From: a virus
Taxonomy: Duplodnaviria; Caudoviricetes
IMG/VR virus record: IMGVR_UViG_3300027278_000003
Length of the DNA stretch: 64,000 bases
Strand: one strand, 5' to 3'
Below the pieces are notes generated by a model that worked only from the letters and a program-made list of their open reading frames with translations, had not been told where the DNA came from and did not search any database. Positions 8,488 to 16,927 of this stretch are shown here, one piece after another. Position numbers and translations under genes: made by a program. Position 1 is the stretch's first letter. Every line of letters starts with the position of its first letter.

Positions 8488-9729
8488 ATGAAAAATTCAT
8501 TTTTTAAAACAAACACAGTTATGATTTCATCACGTATGAATGAGTATCTAAAGAATAACTTCGGTTATGAAATCGAAGGCGACCTCGCTTCCCTACGTGA
8601 AGCGAAAGCGAGTCTAGAAGCACAGAAGCGTGACATGAGAGCAGATCATCAGGATCGTGCGTATGTCGAAAACATGCTAATGCTTGAAACAATAAAATCA
8701 TTACTTAAAGCGCATGTTGCTGAAGGTGAACTGCCGCCAGGACTTAAGGCTTACCAAGATAAGAAAAAAGGTAAGAAAAAAGGTCCGCTAGATGCAGGCA
8801 AAGTAGAAGATAAAGTCGAAGAAGGCACAAAACTTGATGAAGTTTCAAATGCAGTTAAAGATCAGTTGGCCAACATTGACTTGTCAATTCGTGATTGGAC
8901 AAGACGTTGGAAAAATAAGAGTGCTGGCAATCCAAATGATATGAAAGCACCTCAGAAAATCAAGGATCTGAAAGCTCAAAAAGCTGCACTTATGAAAAAG
9001 CACGGCATCACAGAAGAAAATGTATCAGAAGCAGCGGAACGTCCTTATGTTTGCGTACATGCTAAAAAAGGTAAACATAGCTGCACAGCAGGATCATCAT
9101 ACGAAGCAGCAAAGAAAGCAGCTAAAGCATGGGGTCTAAAATCAACAGCAGGTATCGATGCTCACCTAGCAGATGTTAAGCATACTGCAACTGAATCAGT
9201 ACAGCCTAAGGTTGATACAAATAAGAAGAATTATGAAAATTCTTATAAAGCACCAAAGGAATATAAGATGAAAAAGACAAAACTAGAAGAAGGTCTACTA
9301 GCACAACTAAATGCGCTTCTAGAAGGTGATGCAGCGGAAGCAGAAATCATAATGGCAGCGCGTGGTATCGTAGACGAACTACAAGACATCATCGAAAAGC
9401 TAGGTAAAATTCAAAACGATCAACTTGGTCCTCTAGCAGATGAAATGAGCTATACACACGGTCCTGAACAGGCAGATGCGTTCAAAGCGTCAACTGATGC
9501 AGCAATCTCAACACTACTTGATACAGCGCGTCAAACAAAAGACGAAGTAAACAACGCAGTACTAGTTCTAAACGGTCAAGCACCAGCAACAGACATGACA
9601 GCGGGTGAGCCTGAACTAGGTGGCGACATGGGCGATGATTTTGAATCAGATATCGAAGTTGATGCAATGGGCGGCGATGAAGCAACATCAGGTCCAGTTG
9701 ATGACCCACTAGGTCGTGCAAAGAGATAA
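8488..9729 (+). CDS. Probable prohead core/scaffold-type or internal head protein
   Basis: Coiled-coil blocks, many (I/L/V)-X-E|G/A sites, acidic tail; function inferred. Confidence 0.55.
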   Translation: MKNSFFKTNTVMISSRMNEYLKNNFGYEIEGDLASLREAKASLEAQKRDMRADHQDRAYVENMLMLETIKSLLKAHVAEGELPPGLKAYQDKKKGKKKGPLDAGKVEDKVEEGTKLDEVSNAVKDQLANIDLSIRDWTRRWKNKSAGNPNDMKAPQKIKDLKAQKAALMKKHGITEENVSEAAERPYVCVHAKKGKHSCTAGSSYEAAKKAAKAWGLKSTAGIDAHLADVKHTATESVQPKVDTNKKNYENSYKAPKEYKMKKTKLEEGLLAQLNALLEGDAAEAEIIMAARGIVDELQDIIEKLGKIQNDQLGPLADEMSYTHGPEQADAFKASTDAAISTLLDTARQTKDEVNNAVLVLNGQAPATDMTAGEPELGGDMGDDFESDIEVDAMGGDEATSGPVDDPLGRAKR

Positions 9730-9731
9730 TC

Positions 9732-10058
9732 ATGAAAATTAAAACACTTTTAAGCGAAAACTCAAACTATGATGCGCAGTTACGCAATGACATAAATGCG
9801 TATCTTGTTCGCTTAAAGGCGAACGGTATCCCATCAATTGATACCGAGATAATTACACGTGAACTAGAAGATATGGGGTACAGTGTTACCCCAGAATCTT
9901 TAGTTGACATTTTGGCTAATAGTAAATACATTCAAAAAGTTACAATAGACACAATTGACCTTGCAGGAGCCCCAAACTCGCAAGGCCAAGATGCGGAGAA
10001 GGGCAAAGAGCAAGTTAGAAAGCTCGCTGTTAAGACAGCAAAAAATAGGATGAAATAA
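9732..10058 (+). CDS. Hypothetical protein
   Basis: ORF in late block; MKIKTLLSE leader. Confidence 0.75.
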   Translation: MKIKTLLSENSNYDAQLRNDINAYLVRLKANGIPSIDTEIITRELEDMGYSVTPESLVDILANSKYIQKVTIDTIDLAGAPNSQGQDAEKGKEQVRKLAVKTAKNRMK

Positions 10059-10196
10059 ATGGCACTAGTCGTTAAAGGTCAAACAAACATTATCTCTAAA
10101 AAAGATATGCGTAAAGCAGATGCAGAACGTGCAGCAAAAGCACTAGCAACAAAAGAAGCAAACGCAAAAGCAGCAGCTAAACCAAGAGGAAAATAA
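10059..10196 (+). CDS. Unlisted 45-aa Lys/Ala-rich protein MALVVKGQTNIISKKDMRKADAERAAKALATKEANAKAAAKPRGK
   Basis: Fills the gap exactly between two genes; shares its N-terminus with the next ORF. Confidence 0.75.
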   Translation: MALVVKGQTNIISKKDMRKADAERAAKALATKEANAKAAAKPRGK

Positions 10197-10197
10197 T

Positions 10198-10596
10198 ATG
10201 CCACTGATTGTCAAAGGTCAAACTAACATTATTTCAAAAAAAGAAATGGAAGAAAAGTTAGCAATTGAGAATGACAAAAAGGATCCACTTGAAGGACTTT
10301 CTGAATCTCAAAAAGAAATACGAAAAGAAATTCAAGCCGCAAAGCGTCACAGAGAATTCATGGAGCGCGTTGCAAAGAACGAAGTAGAAACTATTGCAAC
10401 AAGCGAAATCGTAACAGTTGCAAATCAAGAAATTGTAAAATTTTCACTTTCTGACATGCCGCGCGTTGCACTACCAGAATTCGAAACGATGACAAAAGCA
10501 CAGATCGGTACGTGGGCAGAAGAAAATCTTGGATTAGTGCTTGATCTTAGAAAGTTAAAAGCATCTTTGATCGAAGAACTAAAAAATCACTTGTAA
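10198..10596 (+). CDS. Hypothetical protein
   Basis: GAGGA RBS; N-terminus MPLIVKGQTNIISKKEM. Confidence 0.75.
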   Translation: MPLIVKGQTNIISKKEMEEKLAIENDKKDPLEGLSESQKEIRKEIQAAKRHREFMERVAKNEVETIATSEIVTVANQEIVKFSLSDMPRVALPEFETMTKAQIGTWAEENLGLVLDLRKLKASLIEELKNHL

Positions 10597-10625
10597 TATT
10601 CTTTCATTTATAGTATACTTTACGT

Positions 10626-11315
10626 ATGCTAAAAAATGTTTACAAATACGACCCCCTGAGTAGAGTAGTAATCGACGGAAGCCGACACTACCAGACACCG
10701 GGGGGTCAACCATTACCAAGCGTCACTACAATTCTAGATGCGCTTAAAGATAAAACTGCACTACTTGAATGGAAAAAACGTGTTGGCGACGAAGAAGCCG
10801 CCCGCATAACTAAACTTGCGACAAACATTGGTACGCAAGTTCACTTACACATTGAAAAATACATTCTTGAAGAAAATCGTCCATCTGGGTCGAACCTTAT
10901 TCATGAAATGGCGAAAGAGTTGTCAGACATTGTTATTAATGAAGGACTTTCCAATGTAAACGAAATGTGGGGGACAGAAGTTCCGCTATATTATCCCGGT
11001 CTATATGCTGGTACAACTGACTGTGTTGGTGTATGGAAGGGTAAACAAGCGATTATTGACTTTAAGACTACGCGTAAACCCAAGAAACGCGAATGGATCG
11101 AAGACTATTTTCTTCAAGGCGCAGCATATGCGGCAGCCCACAATGAAGTATATGGTACTGATATTAAGACAATTGTTATCATGATGATTGGGTGGGACGC
11201 GGAAGCAGATAATCTAGGAAATTATCAAGAATTTGTTGTAGAAGGTGACGAATTTGAACACTATTCCCGTGAGTGGGCATTAAAAGTTCAAGCGTACTTT
11301 GATAAATACATGTAA
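10626..11315 (+). CDS. PD-(D/E)XK exonuclease (MGME1/Cas4-like phage exonuclease)
   Basis: PSVTTIL, GTQVH, YAGTTD, IIDFKT, YFLQGAAYA. Confidence 0.85.
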   Translation: MLKNVYKYDPLSRVVIDGSRHYQTPGGQPLPSVTTILDALKDKTALLEWKKRVGDEEAARITKLATNIGTQVHLHIEKYILEENRPSGSNLIHEMAKELSDIVINEGLSNVNEMWGTEVPLYYPGLYAGTTDCVGVWKGKQAIIDFKTTRKPKKREWIEDYFLQGAAYAAAHNEVYGTDIKTIVIMMIGWDAEADNLGNYQEFVVEGDEFEHYSREWALKVQAYFDKYM

Positions 11316-11332
11316 TTCAGGAGTTACATGAA

Positions 11333-12115
11333 ATGGCAACAGAAAACGTAAAAATTCTACTAAGACGCGGATTGCGGTCAGAACTAACAAGTGCAGCATT
11401 AGACCCATCAGAAATGGGCGTTACATCCGATACAAACCAAGTGTATGTTGGTACAGAAAATGCGATTGATGAAATCATATTTGATCCATTTGCTAATGCA
11501 CATGCGGTTGTACAGTCTTGGTTGGATTCACCGGATAACCCAGAGCCGGGTCTGTTTATTGAAGAGGACCTAGTTATCAGAAACGTAGAAGACGTTGATG
11601 CACTGTTGCTTGCGATGTTCGAAACTGGTCCGTTTAACGTGTCGGAATATGGCAGACCTAGAAAACACGTTGAAGTCTTAACTGAAAACTCCTATACACA
11701 ATTGTTTACAGAACAGCATTTGACATCACGTGACGCAATTACAGGTCGCCGCCCTAGTCTTTACATGAAAACTCTAGACACGACCGCTGGAACATTTCTA
11801 ACATATGATAGAGACATATGCACTACATATTTTGTGGACTATTCACTAAAGCAAACAGATGGTGTAGTTACATATGTTCGTGTGGGTACGTTACAGATAA
11901 TCAATGGTGCACCTCATGGAATAGAACAAGTCAAATTAACAGACAACAACACTGAAATTTGGCAAGATGATAGTGACGGTATCGCAGAGGCAGACGAATT
12001 TTCTAACATTTCATTCTTTGCGACACTTGATGCTGACAACATGTATGTAAGTTATACACAGGATGCTGATTTTACAACAGAAATTAGCTATACAATTAAA
12101 CGCTGGTCAATGTAA
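11333..12115 (+). CDS. Tail-associated protein with Mtd_N-like N-terminus
   Basis: KILLRRG..LDPSEMGVTSDTNQVYVG matches the major tropism determinant N-terminal pattern. Confidence 0.6.
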   Translation: MATENVKILLRRGLRSELTSAALDPSEMGVTSDTNQVYVGTENAIDEIIFDPFANAHAVVQSWLDSPDNPEPGLFIEEDLVIRNVEDVDALLLAMFETGPFNVSEYGRPRKHVEVLTENSYTQLFTEQHLTSRDAITGRRPSLYMKTLDTTAGTFLTYDRDICTTYFVDYSLKQTDGVVTYVRVGTLQIINGAPHGIEQVKLTDNNTEIWQDDSDGIAEADEFSNISFFATLDADNMYVSYTQDADFTTEISYTIKRWSM

Positions 12116-12124
12116 GGAAACCAA

Positions 12125-12571
12125 ATGAAAGATACTGCTACTCTATTGTATGAATGGCGGCAACACAGACTAAAATTAAAAGATAATTTTAATGAAGAAA
12201 ACTTACAGAATGCGATGGATTGGTGGAATGCGTTAAATCCTCGCGCACACGGCTTCGACTTTGATCACTTGGACACTTGGCCTGATGTTTGGGAATATAT
12301 AACGGAAGGGTTCTATACTGTATCGGGAAACGGACTCGGTATGTTCTACACTGTTTTACATGCAGATGAAACGAAAGACGTAGAAATATGGGCAATACAC
12401 GATTTGCTAAACACTGATATGTATCTTATCGCAGTAGTTGACGGATATGTACTAAACCGTACGAGTGGTAAGGTTGAAAAGCTAGAAGATGTAAAAAGTG
12501 ACCTAAACATTTTAGCAAAGCACACAAAAGACGAAGTAATAACAGAATTAAAATACAGCAGAGGCGAATAA
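12125..12571 (+). CDS. Hypothetical protein
   Basis: AAGGA RBS, ORF. Confidence 0.75.
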   Translation: MKDTATLLYEWRQHRLKLKDNFNEENLQNAMDWWNALNPRAHGFDFDHLDTWPDVWEYITEGFYTVSGNGLGMFYTVLHADETKDVEIWAIHDLLNTDMYLIAVVDGYVLNRTSGKVEKLEDVKSDLNILAKHTKDEVITELKYSRGE

Positions 12572-12882
12572 TGTTAACAGAAACAAAATATAAAGCAAAC
12601 GATATAGTTACAGTTGCACTAATTACAGGGCAAGAACTTATTGGTAAGTTTGTAAGCGAAAACGAAAAAGAAATAAAAGTCAAAAAGCCACTATCATTGA
12701 TAGTAGGCCCTCAGGGCGCAGCATTCCAGCCATTCACAATGACAGGTGACAGTGATAACGAAGTATCAGTTCGTATTACTACCGTGGTTTCGGTATTAAA
12801 ATCGCGCAGTGACGTTGCAACTGCATATTCCGGTGCAACATCAGGTCTAGTAGTACCAGAACAACAAGGATTAATTCTCTAA
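12571..12882 (+). CDS. Sm-like fold hypothetical protein
   Basis: DIVTVALITGQELIGK...IKVKKPLSL beta-rich pattern. Confidence 0.55.
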   Translation: MLTETKYKANDIVTVALITGQELIGKFVSENEKEIKVKKPLSLIVGPQGAAFQPFTMTGDSDNEVSVRITTVVSVLKSRSDVATAYSGATSGLVVPEQQGLIL

Positions 12883-13193
12883 TGGGCAAGCCAGCAGCAC
12901 GAACAACAGATCCAATCTCCGCACACTCACCTTGCGGTCCTGGCCAATGTGGTGTTGGCTCCCCAACTGTTTTTATTGAAAACAAAATGGCATATTGTGT
13001 GGGAGATACTACGTTCCCACACGATTTTCCAGAGCCAGCTGCATTTGGTACATCATGCCGACCGCACACAAGCACTCTAGTAGCTGGGTCGTCTAAGGTT
13101 TTCGTCGGCGGCAAGGCTCTAGGTAGAGTTGGAGATGCACACGGCTGCGGCGCCTCTATCACGGCAGGTGCGTCTAAGGTAATAGTAGGTTAA
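12882..13193 (+). CDS. PAAR-domain spike tip protein (T4 gp5.4-like)
   Basis: MGKPAARTTD, GSPTVFIE, GSSKVFVGGKALGRVGDAHGCG. Confidence 0.9.
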   Translation: MGKPAARTTDPISAHSPCGPGQCGVGSPTVFIENKMAYCVGDTTFPHDFPEPAAFGTSCRPHTSTLVAGSSKVFVGGKALGRVGDAHGCGASITAGASKVIVG

Positions 13194-13195
13194 AA

Positions 13196-14914
13196 ATGGC
13201 AAGCGAAGCAGAATATGAACGATTATATCAGGAATTTGTTTTAAGAAACGGTGGTACGTATACATTTGATGGCGCAAGTATGACGCCAGCAGAGTACTAC
13301 AATCTCACTAGCGAGAGCGATTTAACTCCTGAGCAGGTCGCACAGCTAGAAGCGGCACAAGAACAATTTAATAGACAGCAGGCGTTGAATACAATCGCAG
13401 CAGAATTAGCAGCAGCATCTTCTGGTAGTGGTGCGACTGCATTCACTAATCCGTACATTTCTGTTTCAACCGTGGGCATTGCAAACTACACTACACTGCA
13501 ATCTGATCCGGGTTATATCGCGTTGTCAGATGCAACTGCTAATTTGCAGTCATTGGGTAGACTTGATGTTCTGCACCCAACAGTAAGCACTGATGGTTCA
13601 TTCACTCCAAGTGAACACGGTGCTTATTATTTGTTAGAACAGCCAGATCCTACGATTGCAATGTACAATCAGCTAAGAACTCACACTGATGCACAAATTG
13701 CCGATCTTCCAAAGATAATGCAAGATGCAACAAACTTAGCAAACATGAATAAGCAGTTTAGTGAACAAGGTGCAGGTAACAGTTGTGATTTGTTTAATCA
13801 GATATTGGGCATTCTAGCGGGTAAGTTTAATATATCATTTGACTTTCTTAATGATATCACCAAAGTAATTAAAGATTTACTTGCGCCAATTACCGATGTA
13901 CTGAATCAACTTGCATCTGCGGTTGCAGGTGCGATTGATGCTATTCTTGCACCAGTAAAAGCCATGTTTGACAAGATTATGGCAACTATTGGAAACATAG
14001 CTGGACAAATTGCAGGATTAGTAAAAGGGATTACAGATCAAATTTTAGGTGAATTGTCGGGATTGCTCAATCTTGCAAATGATCTACTTGCAAAAGCACA
14101 AGCATTGATTATGGCTGCGTCTGCATTTGACCCATGCCAACTAGCGGTACTATTGGCTACCGGTAATTCTAATATCACGGGTGCGTTGAATACGTTACTA
14201 ACACCACTGTCATCCCCTCGACCGGCAGTACCTACAAGCACTGATAGCCGTGCAGATCCATCGACAGTCATGTCAACTGTTGCTGCCGCAGGCAGAGCAG
14301 CATTTGCAGCACCTGGCGTACCACAATCTCCAATGACCGCAGCGGCAAAATTATATCAACCTATGAGTGCATACTTACACGCCGCCGCAGCAGAAGTTTC
14401 TGGATTCTTGAATAATGCGCTTGGTGATTTACAATCAAATCTCAATATCGGAAATATCATCGGTGGCGCACTTAGCGGAGTGACTGGAAGTAGCACATCT
14501 ACATCTGGAAAATCATCGGTTGTCACCAACGCAAAAGTAGAAAGTGCGGCATATAGAGATTTTGAAATTGTATTCTTGAACGATTTGCTTTCTAGTAGAA
14601 ATAAATTAAAAACTCTTAGACTTGAAATGTCTTCTGGCATTAACAACGTGCGTGAAGAAAATTATAGAGACGTACAGGTATTGATGGAATCTTTGCAGAA
14701 TGAAGAAACAACGATAACAAATCAATTGTCTTATGCACGTGAAAACTTAATTTATACAGCACCTAGTAACGCAAACAAAGACGAAACAAAAGAATCTAAG
14801 TGCAAAGAAATATACAATGCACGTATCAAACCAAACGCAACGGCTACAGTTGCACGTTCGGCACAGTTGTTATCTAATACCACAGCGACATGGAATGGTC
14901 TTAAAGGTGTATAA
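13196..14914 (+). CDS. Large Ala-rich helical protein, probably baseplate/tail-associated
   Basis: Follows PAAR; amphipathic helical stretch; role inferred. Confidence 0.65.
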   Translation: MASEAEYERLYQEFVLRNGGTYTFDGASMTPAEYYNLTSESDLTPEQVAQLEAAQEQFNRQQALNTIAAELAAASSGSGATAFTNPYISVSTVGIANYTTLQSDPGYIALSDATANLQSLGRLDVLHPTVSTDGSFTPSEHGAYYLLEQPDPTIAMYNQLRTHTDAQIADLPKIMQDATNLANMNKQFSEQGAGNSCDLFNQILGILAGKFNISFDFLNDITKVIKDLLAPITDVLNQLASAVAGAIDAILAPVKAMFDKIMATIGNIAGQIAGLVKGITDQILGELSGLLNLANDLLAKAQALIMAASAFDPCQLAVLLATGNSNITGALNTLLTPLSSPRPAVPTSTDSRADPSTVMSTVAAAGRAAFAAPGVPQSPMTAAAKLYQPMSAYLHAAAAEVSGFLNNALGDLQSNLNIGNIIGGALSGVTGSSTSTSGKSSVVTNAKVESAAYRDFEIVFLNDLLSSRNKLKTLRLEMSSGINNVREENYRDVQVLMESLQNEETTITNQLSYARENLIYTAPSNANKDETKESKCKEIYNARIKPNATATVARSAQLLSNTTATWNGLKGV

Positions 14915-14940
14915 CGCAAAATAAAATAATTACTCCCAAT

Positions 14941-14948
14941 GATAAATA
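14941..14948 (+). promoter_or_regulatory. Putative late promoter GATAAATA
   Basis: Motif upstream of ATG 14974. Confidence 0.55.
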
Positions 14949-14973
14949 CATATAACATTGGGAGTAATAACAA

Positions 14974-15651
14974 ATGCGTATCGAAGAAATCTTATCACCC
15001 GTAGAAGAAGGTGTAAATGATCCCCACATTTTTAAAGCAGTATTCATGGCTGGTGGTCCCGGCTCTGGTAAATCTTTTATTGCCAGCAAACTACTTGTCG
15101 GCACAGGTCTAAAAACTGTAAACAGTGATGAAATTTATGAATGGCTAATGCAAAAAGCAGACATGCCACTTGATCCAGAGACAATTGCAAGTCCAAAAGG
15201 TCAAGAAACACGTAATCGTGCAAAAGAACTTACAAAGAAGCGTGAAAATCATTATCTTGATGTTCGTCTAGGATTAATCATCGACGGTACTGGTAAAGAT
15301 GTAGCAAAAGTTTCAAAAGCAAATGAAAAGCTAAAAGAACTTGGCTACGATACAATGATGCTATTTGTAAACACAAGCGAAGAAGTAGCACAAGAGCGCA
15401 ATCTTCAACGCGCAAGATCAATCCCAAAAGAAATGGTAGCAAAGATGTGGAATGCGGTTCAACAGAACCTTATGAAATTCCAGCAAGTCTTTGGTGCTGC
15501 AAACTTCCACGTTGTGGATAACTCAGGTGGTCTGGAAGATCCAGATCGCAAACAAAACTTCATGAATGTTGATAAATCAATCAATAGATTCTTATCAACT
15601 CCTCCAAAAATGCCAGCTGCAAAACAGTGGATACAATCACAAAAAAGATAA
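14974..15651 (+). CDS. Zeta-toxin-like/AAA_33 P-loop kinase
   Basis: FMAGGPGSGKS, VNSD, LIIDGTG, VAQERNLQRAR. Confidence 0.8.
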   Translation: MRIEEILSPVEEGVNDPHIFKAVFMAGGPGSGKSFIASKLLVGTGLKTVNSDEIYEWLMQKADMPLDPETIASPKGQETRNRAKELTKKRENHYLDVRLGLIIDGTGKDVAKVSKANEKLKELGYDTMMLFVNTSEEVAQERNLQRARSIPKEMVAKMWNAVQQNLMKFQQVFGAANFHVVDNSGGLEDPDRKQNFMNVDKSINRFLSTPPKMPAAKQWIQSQKR

Positions 15652-15703
15652 TTGACTTTCTTAACAAAATATCGTATTCTTATATAGAGTGAAGGAGAAA
15701 ACG

Positions 15704-16012
15704 ATGGCGACAATTAAAGTTACAGATTCAAAAGGTAAAACTTGGAATTGCGATTTTGAAGTTGATGGTATTGTCATAGTAGTTAATCCAATTGGTTATA
15801 ACAAACAATGGCCATTCAAACTAACAAAAGATAAAACGTTTGTAAATAACGTTAAAGAAGAATTTAAAAAGATGGGCATGACAAAGAATGTTCGTCAATA
15901 TAATAAAGATAGCGAAGACAGTATTGGGTTCATTGGTGATGGTGTTAAAGAACTTGCCAATGTGTTCAAGAAAAAATCGAAACCGTCATTTAGGGACGTT
16001 TTCAAATATTAA
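15704..16012 (+). CDS. Hypothetical protein
   Basis: AAGGAG RBS before ATG 15704. Confidence 0.7.
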   Translation: MATIKVTDSKGKTWNCDFEVDGIVIVVNPIGYNKQWPFKLTKDKTFVNNVKEEFKKMGMTKNVRQYNKDSEDSIGFIGDGVKELANVFKKKSKPSFRDVFKY

Positions 16013-16023
16013 CAGGGTAGAAC

Positions 16024-16869
16024 ATGACAAATTTAATGGATCAACTTGCGTCTTATCGTAAGGAAATCGATCTAGATTTTATAAAGAACACACATGTACA
16101 TTACTGCACACCATGTTATGGTGGACAAGTTACAGAGCCATTCTTCCGTTCGTGGAGCCGCGCCCATATGATGTACACAAAATACAACATTCCATACTCA
16201 GTAACAACTAGTGCCAACGAGTCTCTTATTTCAAGGGCTCGTTGTCACATGGTTGCATATTTCCTAGCAAATCCAAAAGCAACACACTTGATGTTCATCG
16301 ATGCGGACATCAATTTTGATGCTTTGGACATTTTGCATATGCTACAACACGATAAAGATATTATTGTCGGTGCATACCCAAAGAAAGAATTGGATTGGCG
16401 AAATATCTATAAACGTGCAGATATGGGAATTAAAAATGGTGATGAACTAAAAGATGCAGGTGCAAACTATGCATTGAACTTTGAATGGAATTTCAAAGAA
16501 GATAATACTCGAAATCTAAAGATTGAAAACGGACTAGTCAAGCTGAAAGACGCAGCTACTGGTTTTATGTTAATCAAGCGTAGTGTATTCGACAGAATGA
16601 TTGAAGCGTACCCAGAACTATACTTCAATAACGACTTGAACTTAGATGCAGAATTTGCAAAGTGGACATATCTATTTTTCGATTGTATGCACGAACAAGA
16701 CACCAAGCGTTATCTCTCGGAAGACTATGCGTTTTGTCGTCGTTGGCAAAAAATCGGCGGTGAAGTATGGTTAGATCCACTAGTGAAACTAGATCACGTT
16801 GGTCATTACACTTTTAACGGTAATGTCAGTAAGATTTTTCTATCTTCTGATGATACTGATTTGAGTTGA
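16024..16869 (+). CDS. GT-A fold glycosyltransferase-like protein
   Basis: TPCYGG, NESLISRAR, THLMFIDAD, YLSEDYAFC, LDHVG. Confidence 0.75.
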   Translation: MTNLMDQLASYRKEIDLDFIKNTHVHYCTPCYGGQVTEPFFRSWSRAHMMYTKYNIPYSVTTSANESLISRARCHMVAYFLANPKATHLMFIDADINFDALDILHMLQHDKDIIVGAYPKKELDWRNIYKRADMGIKNGDELKDAGANYALNFEWNFKEDNTRNLKIENGLVKLKDAATGFMLIKRSVFDRMIEAYPELYFNNDLNLDAEFAKWTYLFFDCMHEQDTKRYLSEDYAFCRRWQKIGGEVWLDPLVKLDHVGHYTFNGNVSKIFLSSDDTDLS

Positions 16870-16894
16870 CACGAATCGCAAATACAAGTATTAT
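16866..16894 (+). promoter_or_regulatory. Sigma70 promoter with CGAATCG (GANTC) in spacer, upstream of prkA operon
   Basis: TTGACA-CGAATCGCAAATACAAG-TATTAT, 17-nt spacer. Confidence 0.65.
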
Positions 16895-16927
16895 TAAAAC
16901 ATCATAGAAAAGCGGAGAATATATTAT

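Noticed and set aside
10626-11315. Possible Cas4/adaptation role for the PD-(D/E)XK nuclease
   Set aside because: No Fe-S cysteine cluster and no CRISPR context; matches the common phage exonuclease type
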